64,000 bases of DNA. It comes from Oculina patagonica (lineage: Eukaryota). This document shows, one piece after another, positions 1 through 9,382 of this stretch. The DNA is taken from NCBI RefSeq assembly GCF_052425735.1, contig NC_135764.1, forward strand, positions 10,354,001-10,418,000. The letters are read 5' to 3'. The first letter of the stretch is position 1, and each line of letters opens with the position of its first letter. Below the pieces are notes generated by a model. The model was not told the origin of the DNA. It saw only the letters and a program-made list of their open reading frames with translations, and did not search any database. The position numbers and the translations under genes were made by a program.

Positions 1-487
1 AGACACTGGCACGGATAGGTTATATGGAATAAAACTACATAGAACTCTCTTTTCAACTCGCATCAAAATTTAGCTTTAAGAAGTAAACATACTGTAAAAA
101 CTATGAGGAATGAAAATTTAAAGTGTTAAGTATAACAGCGCATTACATTACACGATTGATTGTCAAAATTTCTCTCAAACTTTCGATCTCTCCGTGTTTT
201 GACTTCATAGTGTGATGAATTGAAAAGAACGAAACTTAAAAGTGTAAAGTGTTACTCTATACAACTGTTTGTTTAAGTTTCGCGACCGTGACTTTTGATC
301 GATCTATGTTTTAACGCGTGGAACACATCATCGTTGCAAATCATTTGTACACGAAAGATAACTGAACTTAAGTGCCAAGTATTATCTTATAGTATAAATT
401 GTTTAAAGTTTTGTTGCTCGTTATTTTACGATCGCTCCATGTCTGACTGTCACTCATCGTACGGAAGGAAATGTTGACGGTACATAC

Positions 488-957
488 CTTTCCTTTTGGC
501 TTTGCTTTTGGCGTTTCTTTTGGTTTGCTTTTCTCCTTGTTGGGCTTCTGCTTTGCCTGTTTGCCTTTCGTCTTAGGTCTGGTCGTCTTCTTAGCCGCGG
601 GAAGTGAGTCTGAAATCTGCAAATTAACAGTGTTGTATGTGTAAGTCTAAAAAATCAGCACAATATCAATACAGATTGAAAATGAGCATGATTTGACTGC
701 AGTAAAACATAAATACTCACCAGTTTTCTTTTGGTTCTTGCACGGCGTGGCGGAGGGTCCTCCGGAGATTCTTGAGTTTCCTCGCCCTCGTCGATTGGAT
801 AACAACCCACGACCGCGCTCAACTCTTTTTTGGCCGTTCCCCAAATCACCTTAACTTTTTGCCCCTGTTTCAAAGGGGAAGGATCTATGACAGTCGAACG
901 GATTACATCTGAGTACGATCCACGGGTCCAGTTGATGCGAACTAATTTTTCCTCCAT
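488..957 (-). CDS. Spliced hypothetical protein with Lys-rich region (first two exons; 3' part not resolved), possibly cargo of the Tc1 element
   Basis: Exon 957-721 (ATG, 79 codons, donor CTG|GTGAGT) joins in phase 0 to exon 616-488 (acceptor TGCAG|, donor AAG|GTATGT). Product MEEKLVRINW...RTKRKL-ISDSLPAAKKTTRPK...KPKGK. Confidence 0.6.
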
Positions 958-1110
958 GTTGCCGGTGTTTGATGTGATTCAACAGTGTTAGAAACGGACA
1001 GTTTCAGCCTATTTATATTTTCCTTTCTTTAGAGGCGGATCCAAAGAGACTTTCATTTGATTGGCTTTTCAAGTAGGCATTGTTTTGCACACCGTCGCTA
1101 ATTAAGTTGC

Positions 1111-2120
1111 GCAACAATATATTTAGCATTTTCTCACATGCTATTGTTTTAAATTTCAAAAGAAAGCGAAAGCGTCGTTCTGCACGCGTCGTTCTGCACG
1201 TTCGTCGCGCATAGAAGTTAATGTTTTTATAACTGCGCATCAGAAAATATAATAATAGCTGTTATCCTGACGCTTCGCTAGTGAAAACCAGGCTTTAGAA
1301 AATGCTTAAAGAATGACATACCTGACACGCGACAACCATTCTTGTTTAAAATAAAAAAAAAATAAAGAAACCTCAAAGTGACACAAGACGCGGCAATTCC
1401 GCTTTATAAACGTCGCTTTATAAAACCCTCCCAAAACAAGTTGCACTAATGCTATTGATTACATTAAGTGACTTCCAGCTTCTTTAAACTAGCACAGAAC
1501 AAAACCTTTAATGCATCTACGGTTTTTGAGCAACAATATATTTAGCATTTTCTCACATGCTATTGTTTTTAATTTCAAAAGAAAGCGAAAGCGTCGTTCT
1601 GCACGCTTGTAGATTTTGACGTTTTTTTTCGTCGCGCGAAGAAGTAAATGTTTTTATAATTGCGCATCAGAAAGAGCTAATCATTTTCTGTTTTTTTTTT
1701 TATAATTATTTATTTATTTATTTATTTTACACTTAAATGAAAGTCTATGTATGTATCAGTGTGAGTTATCTGCTCCTACACAAAGAAAAACTCAATGTGT
1801 TTGTGCTTTAACTTGCAAAGAAGCCGTATTCACGGTGAAATAATAGCTGTTATCCTGACGCTTGTGTTTGTGCTCGCGTCGCTAGTGAAAACCAGGCTTT
1901 AGAAAGTTATTGAAGAATGACATAATTGACACGCGACAACCATTCTTTGTTAAAAAATAAAGAAATCTCAAAGTGACACAAGACGCGGTAGTTCCGCTTT
2001 ATAAAAGTCGCTTAAAAGCCTCCCAAAACAAGTTACACTAATGCTATTGATTACATTAAGTAACTGCCAGCTTCTATAAAAAAACACAGAACAAAACCTT
2101 AAATGCATCCGTACGGTTTT
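1111..2120. repeat. Imperfect tandem duplication (~420-bp and ~590-bp units) just left of the Maverick insertion
   Basis: GCAACAATATATTTAGCATTTTCTCACATG starts at 1111 and 1530. Both units contain CTAGTGAAAACCAGGCTTTA, which resembles a Harbinger-type terminus. Confidence 0.8.
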
Positions 2121-2233
2121 TTCAATTGAACTTAATAACAAAAGGCATGGCACGCGACAGTAGTAAAGGGCGCTTACGCACGGGCACAACCAATCACAGA
2201 GCAGCATTTCTGCGCATGCGTAGAAGAGAAAAT

Positions 2234-2525
2234 CACGTGACTAGGATGTGGATGACGTCATAAGAGTTGGTCCCAGGGTGTCCGAGTGTGGGTTCCAGGC
2301 CCCGGCGGCCAAAAGCGCTCGCCCCAGTCCTTGCGCGAAAAAAAAACGACAAGACAAGAAAATAGGCGTAAAAGGGAAAACCACGTGACTTAGGGGTGTG
2401 ATGACGTCATAGGAGTCGGCCCCAGGGTGTTTGGAGTGTCGGTCCCAGGCCCCGGACGGTTAGAATGAACTCGGTTCCAGTCCTCGCGCGGAAAAAAACG
2501 ACAAGACAAGAAAATAGGTGTAAAA
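2234..2525 (+). promoter_or_regulatory. Two ~148-bp direct repeats in the TIR, each with an E-box and an ATF/CRE palindrome
   Basis: CACGTG at 2234 and 2382; TGACGTCA at 2253 and 2402; shared CGACAAGACAAGAAAATAGG tail. CCAAT and NRF1-like TGCGCATGCG motifs lie nearby (2190-2220). Confidence 0.65.
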
Positions 2526-2597
2526 ACAGGTTTTTTAATAACAGGTTTTTTATGTTAAGGTACAAGACACTAAAAAACGGTAACAAGTGGTCCTAAA

Positions 2598-2669
2598 GCC
2601 CCGGTAGTGTAACGGGTATCACTCCTGCCGCTGAGGTAGGCAATCGAGGTTCGAGTCCTCGCTGGGGAT
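2598..2669 (+). tRNA. tRNA-like Pol III gene, anticodon CTG (Gln-like, atypical), left TIR copy
   Basis: Cloverleaf GCCCCGG-TA-GTGTAACGGGTATCAC-T-CCTGC-CG[CTG]AG-GTAGG-CAAT-CGAGG-TTCGAGT-CCTCG-CTGGGGA-T; A-box TAGTGTAACGG; B-box GGTTCGAGTCC; T9 terminator at 2671-2679. G33 and the G1:A72 mismatch are non-canonical. Confidence 0.8.
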
Positions 2670-3270
2670 ATTTTTTTTTCCTTGTGTCAATGTTCCCTAA
2701 GCCCTAGTGGCCGCGCACCCTGGGAATGAACGTGTACAAAGTTAGCAAGACCACCATCCTATAGATATGGTTCACAAAGTGCCATACTGTCCTTGTGGTA
2801 TCTGGAACTCAATACTTTGCACTAAACGCATGCGCAGATGAGTCTACGCGATACACTCACGATTGATAATTAGTTACCTCTCTTGTGAAGACCACAAAGG
2901 TTGTCTCAGAAAGCGCCATGCCTTCCTTATGGTATGGTTCTTCCTGGCACTAAACGCATGCGCAGATGAGTCTACATTGCTTCGGCGATTCTGAAAAAAC
3001 GCACGCTTGTGAAGTATTAAAAAAAACACGTCAGAGAGGGGGGATGAGGGGGTATCCCCCTTTCTCGGGTGTACTGGGAACGAGTACGAATCGAGCGGTG
3101 AGAGTGTTTATATCTCAAAAGATGTCGACAAGTAAGTTATTAAATATTCAGTTATGGAGAACGATCAACGTGGGTACGATTGAAACTATATCAACGTGTT
3201 GCGGTAGGTTTCCCATCTGGGGCATGCTGTTGGACACAACAGCATGCCCCATACGAGCTAGTGGGTAGAA

Positions 3271-6200
3271 CTAGGCGTTAAAGTAACCATAGGGGTATGA
3301 CATAAAGGTGTTGGCATCTACCACTCTCTTGTCGAAAACCACTTGATAGCGCTTGATCTCCGTCACAGTGTTCAGGGTTTTGGTCGTTTTGTCTCGGGTG
3401 ATCTTGTGAGGGTTGAACACGGCAATGCTCCTCGTTTCGGCCAAGGGTTCTTTCACTTCGGATTTGACGTTGTCTTTCAATGTCTCAAAGTTGAGATGGG
3501 CGGATCCTCTCACGTTCAAGGAAAAACCCCTTACTTTACAACAGGTTTTTCCCAGTTTCGTCTTGTAGGCATAGTTTTTAGGTCCGGCGGCGGCAAATTC
3601 CACAATGAAGTCATCATCGTCTAGTTCGTTGGTAAAGTCTCCCAGGTAATCACCCAGCGGTAAGGAGGGCTGACCTTCTCGATGTTTGTAGATGAGGGAA
3701 TCTGTGTCAAAATACAAGATCTGTTCGGGTTGCAGGATGGAAAGACCTTCTTGGTACAGCTTCAAACGGGCCCAGGTGGTCGTAAAGCAGGCCACAAAGA
3801 TGTTGATGTCTGGTTGAACGTTGGCGCAGTCCTCCTTGCACTTATGGACCACCTCCAACATCTCTGGATTGACGACCCGAATGTCGTGGATGTCTCGGGT
3901 CTCGTCTCTTAACAAGTCGTGAAACTCAGCTGCAGAGGTGAAGGCTTCGACTTGGGTCTTGTTGCCTCTCTGACCATACTTGCCCCAAAAACTATTGAGC
4001 ATGATCTTGGCCAGAGATCTGCGTCCGGGATTCTTTTCAATCTTGTCCGGATCCAACTGGAGGCCTTCTTTGAGAAAGAACTGTCTCAAGTATTCCTGGC
4101 GTTTGTCTGGATCGTCGCCCACCCACGAGGGCCAACCGCTCGCTTCCTGCTTCATCTTCAGGAAGGTGTTGACATACTCTTTAAACATGGTGTTGGATTT
4201 GCGGTCAAAGTGCCACACCTCGTGAATGTGTTCCACCACGTACCCTTGCTTGACGGCCTCTTCCAACTCGGGCGTGCACCACGTTCCGGTCAGTTGGCGT
4301 TCTTGAGGGCTGTGAGCGCATTTGGAGGATCGTTGGGTCAACGGCTTGGGCTGCTCCACTTCCACGCAGGTACGGCAGAGGGGGAATGTCAGTTTACCCC
4401 CTTGGCGATAGGGCAACACGGGGCTGTACAACCCGTAAGGTGGCGTCACCGTACACTTTGCCAGACCGAAGAATTGTGAAATGTTCGTGTGTCCCGGTTC
4501 TAGGATCACTTCCGGATGCCCTTGAGGGTAGTCACAGTTTTTGTTGACCCAGGGGTACAACGAGGTAAAGTCCACGTACCGGATCTCCTCTTCAGGTTCG
4601 GCAAGGTCATAGAGGCGGACGGCATTGGTTCTACCGCCAAAGAACGCGTCTCGGGGCTCCAAGCGGGAGTTGATCGACAACGAGTCCACGAACGATTTCA
4701 CCTCGGGATCACTGTCCTTGAGCGCTTTCCACTGGCATTCCCACATTTCTACCACGCGGTACCCCGCATCTCGGATCCGCTGCGTCTTTTGTTGCGTTTC
4801 CGCGTACACGTCCCTCAGACTTCTGTCGCCCATCTTCCGGTGCTTCTGATCGCGATTGGGAAAACAGTCAGGACAGCCGTGAAAGTAGCAGCCGTGGAAC
4901 TCGTAAACCGTGCGATCCTCGTACCCGTCGACGTTCATCAGACGGTGTCCAATCCACAAGGCTCGTTCTCCACCGTTCCTAGCGTGACGGATGGTGCCCT
5001 GCGTCTGGCTGTCTTGATAGAGCAACCATTCCAGCGACACCAGGGAGTGAGGTTTGCCCTTGCCTTCCCAGCCTCGTACCGGTTCAGAAGCCAAGGTCTC
5101 TTCTTGCATGCACTTGGTGCGGTAGAAGCGATTACAGGCGGAGGCAATGGTGAGGCATTGCTCCATGGGATCGAAGCCGGCAATGGCTTGAAACTCTGCC
5201 CGGAAGACCTTGCAACCTTCGTGCAACAGTTCCACGTCTGAGCGACAGTAGTCGACAAGTTCGTTCCGAAAGTGGAACTCGTAATTCTCCGCCACGCGTT
5301 CCTCGTACCACTTGTCGAATTCGGCTTTCCTGGCAGTGGACATTCCCTCTGGATCGTAATAGTCTCTGGCAGGCATGCTGCCCACATAGTTTTGGTGTTC
5401 CTTCGTGTTGAAAAAGTGGGGGAAAAACCCCTTCTTTTGTTCGGTGAGGCCAAAGGCTTTGGGAAAGGTAGCAAGGCTCATCTGTAGAAAACACATGGAG
5501 TCCTTAAAGGTGATGCGGGGGATGGTCATGCTGATTATTTTGGCACCATTGACGACTTGTTCAGGGCAGATGGCTTGGTCGTACAACTCGTTTAGTATGA
5601 AATACGAGTCGTAGCCTTGGAAGTTATGAGCGACAGCTATGACGCGGTGTTGTTCGGCGATCTCCCTCAGCCAAGCGAGAAAGTCTTTCACGCAAGTCTC
5701 TCCCTCAAAGGTTCTCCTCTCGTCGGTGTCTCCTCTCAGGGCGCAAATCAAGTTGGCCACGTGCTCGCCTTCTTCCTGCCTGGCTTCGGCGTCCCAACTG
5801 ACGAACACGGGTGGTTGGTCTTCTTTGCGTTGACCGGCGCTGGTTCTCTTGCGGTTCTGTTTTTGTTCCACCTTGAGAGGATTTTGTATGTAGCACTGGT
5901 GGTAACGAAGATCTTGGTATTCCTTGCAGGACGGACAGGAAGCATGGCCGCACTTGTGACTGTTTCTCAGTTCATAGTCACCGTAGGTCTTGAAACACCC
6001 CGTACACCGTTTGTGCTTGTCACACACACTGTTCTTCTTGTCTGGGGTCATGTCTTTACCGGTGTCGGTGCGACTCTTGTGCAATTGAAGACAGCGGGTT
6101 CCAAAAAAGTCCCGTTGACAGTCTGTACAGTTCACCCTGGGTACAGCGTGGGCTCTCTTCCATTCGTGGCAATCGGTCTGATGGCAGGCGGCGCACCTGG

Positions 6201-7137
6201 CACCCGGGCAGCGGTGTTGCCTCCGGTCATTGTGGCTGAAGCCCTTTTCGCATTGGGTACAATAGTAACTCTTTCCAAAAAATCCCCCTAGGGTGGTACA
6301 GCCGTGGTAATGGTCATGGTGTTTGATCAAGATCAAACGTTTGTCGTCGGGGCGTTGTGCTCCTTTGAAGATGATCTGGTAACCATGTTGGACAGACACC
6401 ACCACAATCTGGTAAGCGTTCAAGTGGGCTTGAAATTTGGCCAATTCGTCCAAGCCGCAAGGACCTTCTGGCACGTCTGACAAACGGTGTAGTTCCTTGG
6501 CTGCCCTTTCTTGCACCGTATCATGCCTCCTTAAGTTTCCATAGTACCAATGGTCGGTCCCGAAATCGGCCCGGGCCTTCATCATCACCAAGGCACGGGC
6601 ACAGCATAACTGGTCGGTGTTTTTGATCTTGAAGACACACCGTTTTTTCTGCAGGATGTCCTCGATGGGGTCCAAACCGGGTTTGTATTTCTGGTTGTCT
6701 CCCCCTCGGCCTGGATCTTGCACGTGAGACACGTTTAGGTTGAACGTGTCGTCCACTTGAAAAGTCTGATTACTGTTCAGCATGTCACTGATTTGTTTTA
6801 ACAGCTGTTGGGCAGCGACGGTGTTTTCTCGCCACTCTCCCACTCTCAGACGTCTGGAATGAAAGGCATTTTGAATTCTGTTACTGTTGATGTTGATCAA
6901 CAAGTGGTCGTCATCTCCAACCGCTCCATCATCCAAGATATGGCGCTGTACGGCTCTCTGCAAGGCTCGGGCAATCTGTTGTGGGAGTACGGGACGCGGT
7001 CCTAGGGGTGCGGATTCTACTGCGGCACCACCACCTGTCTGTATTAGGCGTCCGGTAAAGTTTCTGATATGGAGGCCAAATCTGCGCACTCTGCGGTCCA
7101 CGTGACCTCTCAGTTCAAATTCAAAAGGAGCTTCCAT
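3271..7137 (-). CDS. polB: Protein-primed family B DNA polymerase: N-terminal terminal-protein/OTU-like and Cys-rich regions, exonuclease, inserted Vsr-like nuclease, polymerase
   Basis: Exonuclease motifs WDAE, AHNFQGYD, YCRSDV; polymerase motifs YVDFTSLYP, KIMLNSFWGKYGQ, YFDTDS, GPKNY; insert YEFHGCYFHGCPDC...GYRVVEMWECQW; OTU-like DQLCCARAL...HDHY. The first ATG is at 7137 (the ORF track starts at a TTG at 7182). Confidence 0.97.
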   Translation of the reverse strand: MEAPFEFELRGHVDRRVRRFGLHIRNFTGRLIQTGGGAAVESAPLGPRPVLPQQIARALQRAVQRHILDDGAVGDDDHLLININSNRIQNAFHSRRLRVGEWRENTVAAQQLLKQISDMLNSNQTFQVDDTFNLNVSHVQDPGRGGDNQKYKPGLDPIEDILQKKRCVFKIKNTDQLCCARALVMMKARADFGTDHWYYGNLRRHDTVQERAAKELHRLSDVPEGPCGLDELAKFQAHLNAYQIVVVSVQHGYQIIFKGAQRPDDKRLILIKHHDHYHGCTTLGGFFGKSYYCTQCEKGFSHNDRRQHRCPGARCAACHQTDCHEWKRAHAVPRVNCTDCQRDFFGTRCLQLHKSRTDTGKDMTPDKKNSVCDKHKRCTGCFKTYGDYELRNSHKCGHASCPSCKEYQDLRYHQCYIQNPLKVEQKQNRKRTSAGQRKEDQPPVFVSWDAEARQEEGEHVANLICALRGDTDERRTFEGETCVKDFLAWLREIAEQHRVIAVAHNFQGYDSYFILNELYDQAICPEQVVNGAKIISMTIPRITFKDSMCFLQMSLATFPKAFGLTEQKKGFFPHFFNTKEHQNYVGSMPARDYYDPEGMSTARKAEFDKWYEERVAENYEFHFRNELVDYCRSDVELLHEGCKVFRAEFQAIAGFDPMEQCLTIASACNRFYRTKCMQEETLASEPVRGWEGKGKPHSLVSLEWLLYQDSQTQGTIRHARNGGERALWIGHRLMNVDGYEDRTVYEFHGCYFHGCPDCFPNRDQKHRKMGDRSLRDVYAETQQKTQRIRDAGYRVVEMWECQWKALKDSDPEVKSFVDSLSINSRLEPRDAFFGGRTNAVRLYDLAEPEEEIRYVDFTSLYPWVNKNCDYPQGHPEVILEPGHTNISQFFGLAKCTVTPPYGLYSPVLPYRQGGKLTFPLCRTCVEVEQPKPLTQRSSKCAHSPQERQLTGTWCTPELEEAVKQGYVVEHIHEVWHFDRKSNTMFKEYVNTFLKMKQEASGWPSWVGDDPDKRQEYLRQFFLKEGLQLDPDKIEKNPGRRSLAKIMLNSFWGKYGQRGNKTQVEAFTSAAEFHDLLRDETRDIHDIRVVNPEMLEVVHKCKEDCANVQPDINIFVACFTTTWARLKLYQEGLSILQPEQILYFDTDSLIYKHREGQPSLPLGDYLGDFTNELDDDDFIVEFAAAGPKNYAYKTKLGKTCCKVRGFSLNVRGSAHLNFETLKDNVKSEVKEPLAETRSIAVFNPHKITRDKTTKTLNTVTEIKRYQVVFDKRVVDANTFMSYPYGYFNA

Positions 7138-7522
7138 CTTGAAACAAAGGAAATAAGGCAATGAATGGATGGAAAAAAACAAATGTACGTTTTTTTTTAT
7201 CTATATGACTGCCATGTTCGGAGTCATCAGCACTCTTCCAAAGTACAGGGGTCTCGAACAAATCTGCGTACTCTCCGGTCAACGTGGCCTCTCAATTGAA
7301 AGTCAAAGGCAATAAGGCAATGAATGTACGTTTTTTTATCTATATGATGGCAATGATCGGAGTCATCAGTACTCGTGGAAAGTACAGTGGCCTTTAAAGT
7401 GACTACAAGAACATTTGTCCGTAATTTTCTGTTTTCCTGTACAGCTCATTAGAATATTACACAGCATAAAAGCACATGAAAAACGGGTTACACAAATTCA
7501 CTCTACTCTAATAACTAGTTAC

Positions 7523-7761
7523 CTCTTCATTGGACTCTCCTTCACTTGTGCTTGCACTCGGTTCGCCACCACCACTTGTACTTGCACTCTACGATGAAAA
7601 GAACATCGTATAAATAAAAAACATTGGCGAATCAAATATAACCCAACGCATCTCATCAACGTACCTCTTCCAATCTAGCTCTCTCCGGGCTCTCAGCCTC
7701 TATATCTTCTCCCAGTAGTAGTCTCATCTCCAACCATAGTAGTCTCATCTTCTTCTTCCAT
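7523..7761 (-). other. Two small upstream exons of the leftward (PolB-side) transcription unit
   Basis: Exon 7748/7761-7665 ends GAG|GTACGT; a 76-nt intron ends TTCTTTTCATCGTAG; exon 7588-7523 (SASTSGGGEPSASTSEGESNEE) ends GAG|GTAACT. TATAAAA on the minus strand at 7823-7817. Confidence 0.55.
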
Positions 7762-7934
7762 TGTAGCGCTCAGACCAAACAAAGTTTGCGAGTGAATAAA
7801 TGAGCAAAGTAGCTCCTTTTATACAACTTTTCCATCCCAGAAGAACTGGGCTCTAGTATTCCCATTGGTCAATCGAGGTGACCTGATACAGAATGAACCA
7901 ATGAGATCTCATGATCAATGTCACCCAAGGTGAC

Positions 7935-8075
7935 GGGATTTTCCCCACAAGGGTAAAATCCCAAGCTGACGGGATTTTCCCCACAAGGGTAAAATCCCGG
8001 GATTTCCCCCCAAGGGAAAAATCCCGACGCACGCGCGTGGAGAATCTTTCTCGGAATTCTCGGAATTCTAGGAAC
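7935..8075. promoter_or_regulatory. Cluster of NF-kB/Rel-like sites upstream of the PolB promoter
   Basis: GGGATTTTCC at 7935 and 7971 and GGGATTTCCC at 7999 fit GGGRNWYYCC. Opposite-strand near-matches GGGTAAAATCCC (7951, 7987) and GGGAAAAATCCC (8014); then GGAATTCT twice. Confidence 0.55.
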
Positions 8076-8614
8076 CCGCGTGTGTTCATTCTCGGAAAAG
8101 TACAGTAAAACGGACAAAGTTTTCTTGTCGGATTACAGCTCTTTTCAAGAAGGATATAAGCTTTAAGGTGAGCTAATGTCTCCATACTCTACTGTACAAG
8201 ACGAAGAGCGTTTGATAAATTGTATTTACTGCGAAAAATAAATTTGGTTACGTTGTAAATTTTGACGAGTGGTTTGTTTTTGTTCGTGCGGCCATCATGA
8301 ACCGTGCATAGTAAAGAAGAAGAAGGTTTTAGACCCGTTCATTTCGTTCAAGGTTTTTTGGTCTAGTTGTGTTTATGGTCAAAAAAAGAAGAAACCGAAC
8401 TTTACGAATAAACAAGTCGTTTTTGGTGGACTGAATTATTCTTTTAAGCGAAATTGCTCGCGCAGTTGTCGTTTTCTTTCGTAAACAACAACAACTTCAA
8501 ACGCCTTCATCTTTTTCTTTTCGCAGTCTTAAAAATATCGAGGGAACATCCCACTATGATTCAGAAAAAAAATAAAACCTAGCCACCTAGAAGTGAAGCT
8601 TAAACGTTGTAAAT

Positions 8615-9325
8615 CCTAAACAAGTGTGTCAACGACTTTGTTGTGATTTTTCACCGGTCGCGAAAAAATATAATTGTAGCGTGCAGTTCATTTGGCCGTT
8701 GTTCAAATGCATTTTTCTCGAAGAAAAATTTTTTTTGGCGGCCCTTATATCAAAGGGACGTCTAACCATGAATGATATTATTTCGATGAATGTAAGTGAG
8801 CAAAAAATTTCATATTTTTGGACTCTAAGCATAAGTGTCATCGACTTTGTTGTGATTTTCACCGTTCGCGAAAAAATATAATTTAGCGTACGGTATTTGT
8901 TGTTGTTTAAATGCGTTTGTTTGTTTGTTTTTGCGGCCCTGAAATGAAAGGGACGTCCAACCATGAATGATATTATTTTAGTAAATCTCAAAGCAAGTCA
9001 TTGAGCCGGATCTTCACATTTTTACACCCTAAACAAGTGTGTCAACGAGTTTGTTGTGATTTTTCACCGGCCGCTAAAAATATAATTGTTGTAGGTGGTT
9101 CATTCGGCCGTGTTCAAATGTTTTTTCTCGAAGAAAAATTATTTTTTTCGGCCCTTAAATCAAAAAGGACGTCCAACCATAAAAGATATTATTTCGATGA
9201 ATGTTATTGAGCCGAAAATTTCATATTTTTGGACTCTAAGCACAAGTGTCATCGACTTTGTTGTGATTTTCACCGTTCGCGAAAAAATATAATTTAGCGT
9301 GCGGTATTTGTTGTTGTTGTTGTTT
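8615..9325. repeat. AT-rich internal tandem array, ~205-210-bp monomers in a ~413-bp dimer
   Basis: CCTAAACAAGTGTGTCAACGA at 8615 and 9028; TTTGTTGTGATTTT(T)CACCG...AAAAATATAAT occurs four times. Confidence 0.85.
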
Positions 9326-9382
9326 AAGCGATTGAATCCCATACTCTCGTAATTCAGTTTCGGCATGGAGCAATTTGTAAAT

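Larger units (their letters stand above)
2159..2847 (+). repeat. Left terminal inverted repeat of the Maverick
   Basis: Reverse complement of 21416-22105; the only difference I found is A9 vs T10 in one homopolymer. A diverged extension continues at ~2947-3089 vs ~21291-21444. Confidence 0.97.

Noticed and set aside
2966-3268. ORFs in the inner TIR extension (also 21201-21419)
   Set aside because: They lie in repeat sequence, and indels between the two ends do not preserve a common frame.
3343-7105. Many 60-240-aa ORFs antisense to or overlapping polB
   Set aside because: Shadow ORFs of a long coding sequence; mostly non-ATG starts and no motifs.
7853-8185. ORFs across the GGGATTTTCC array
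   Set aside because: Repetitive translations of a probable cis-regulatory array.
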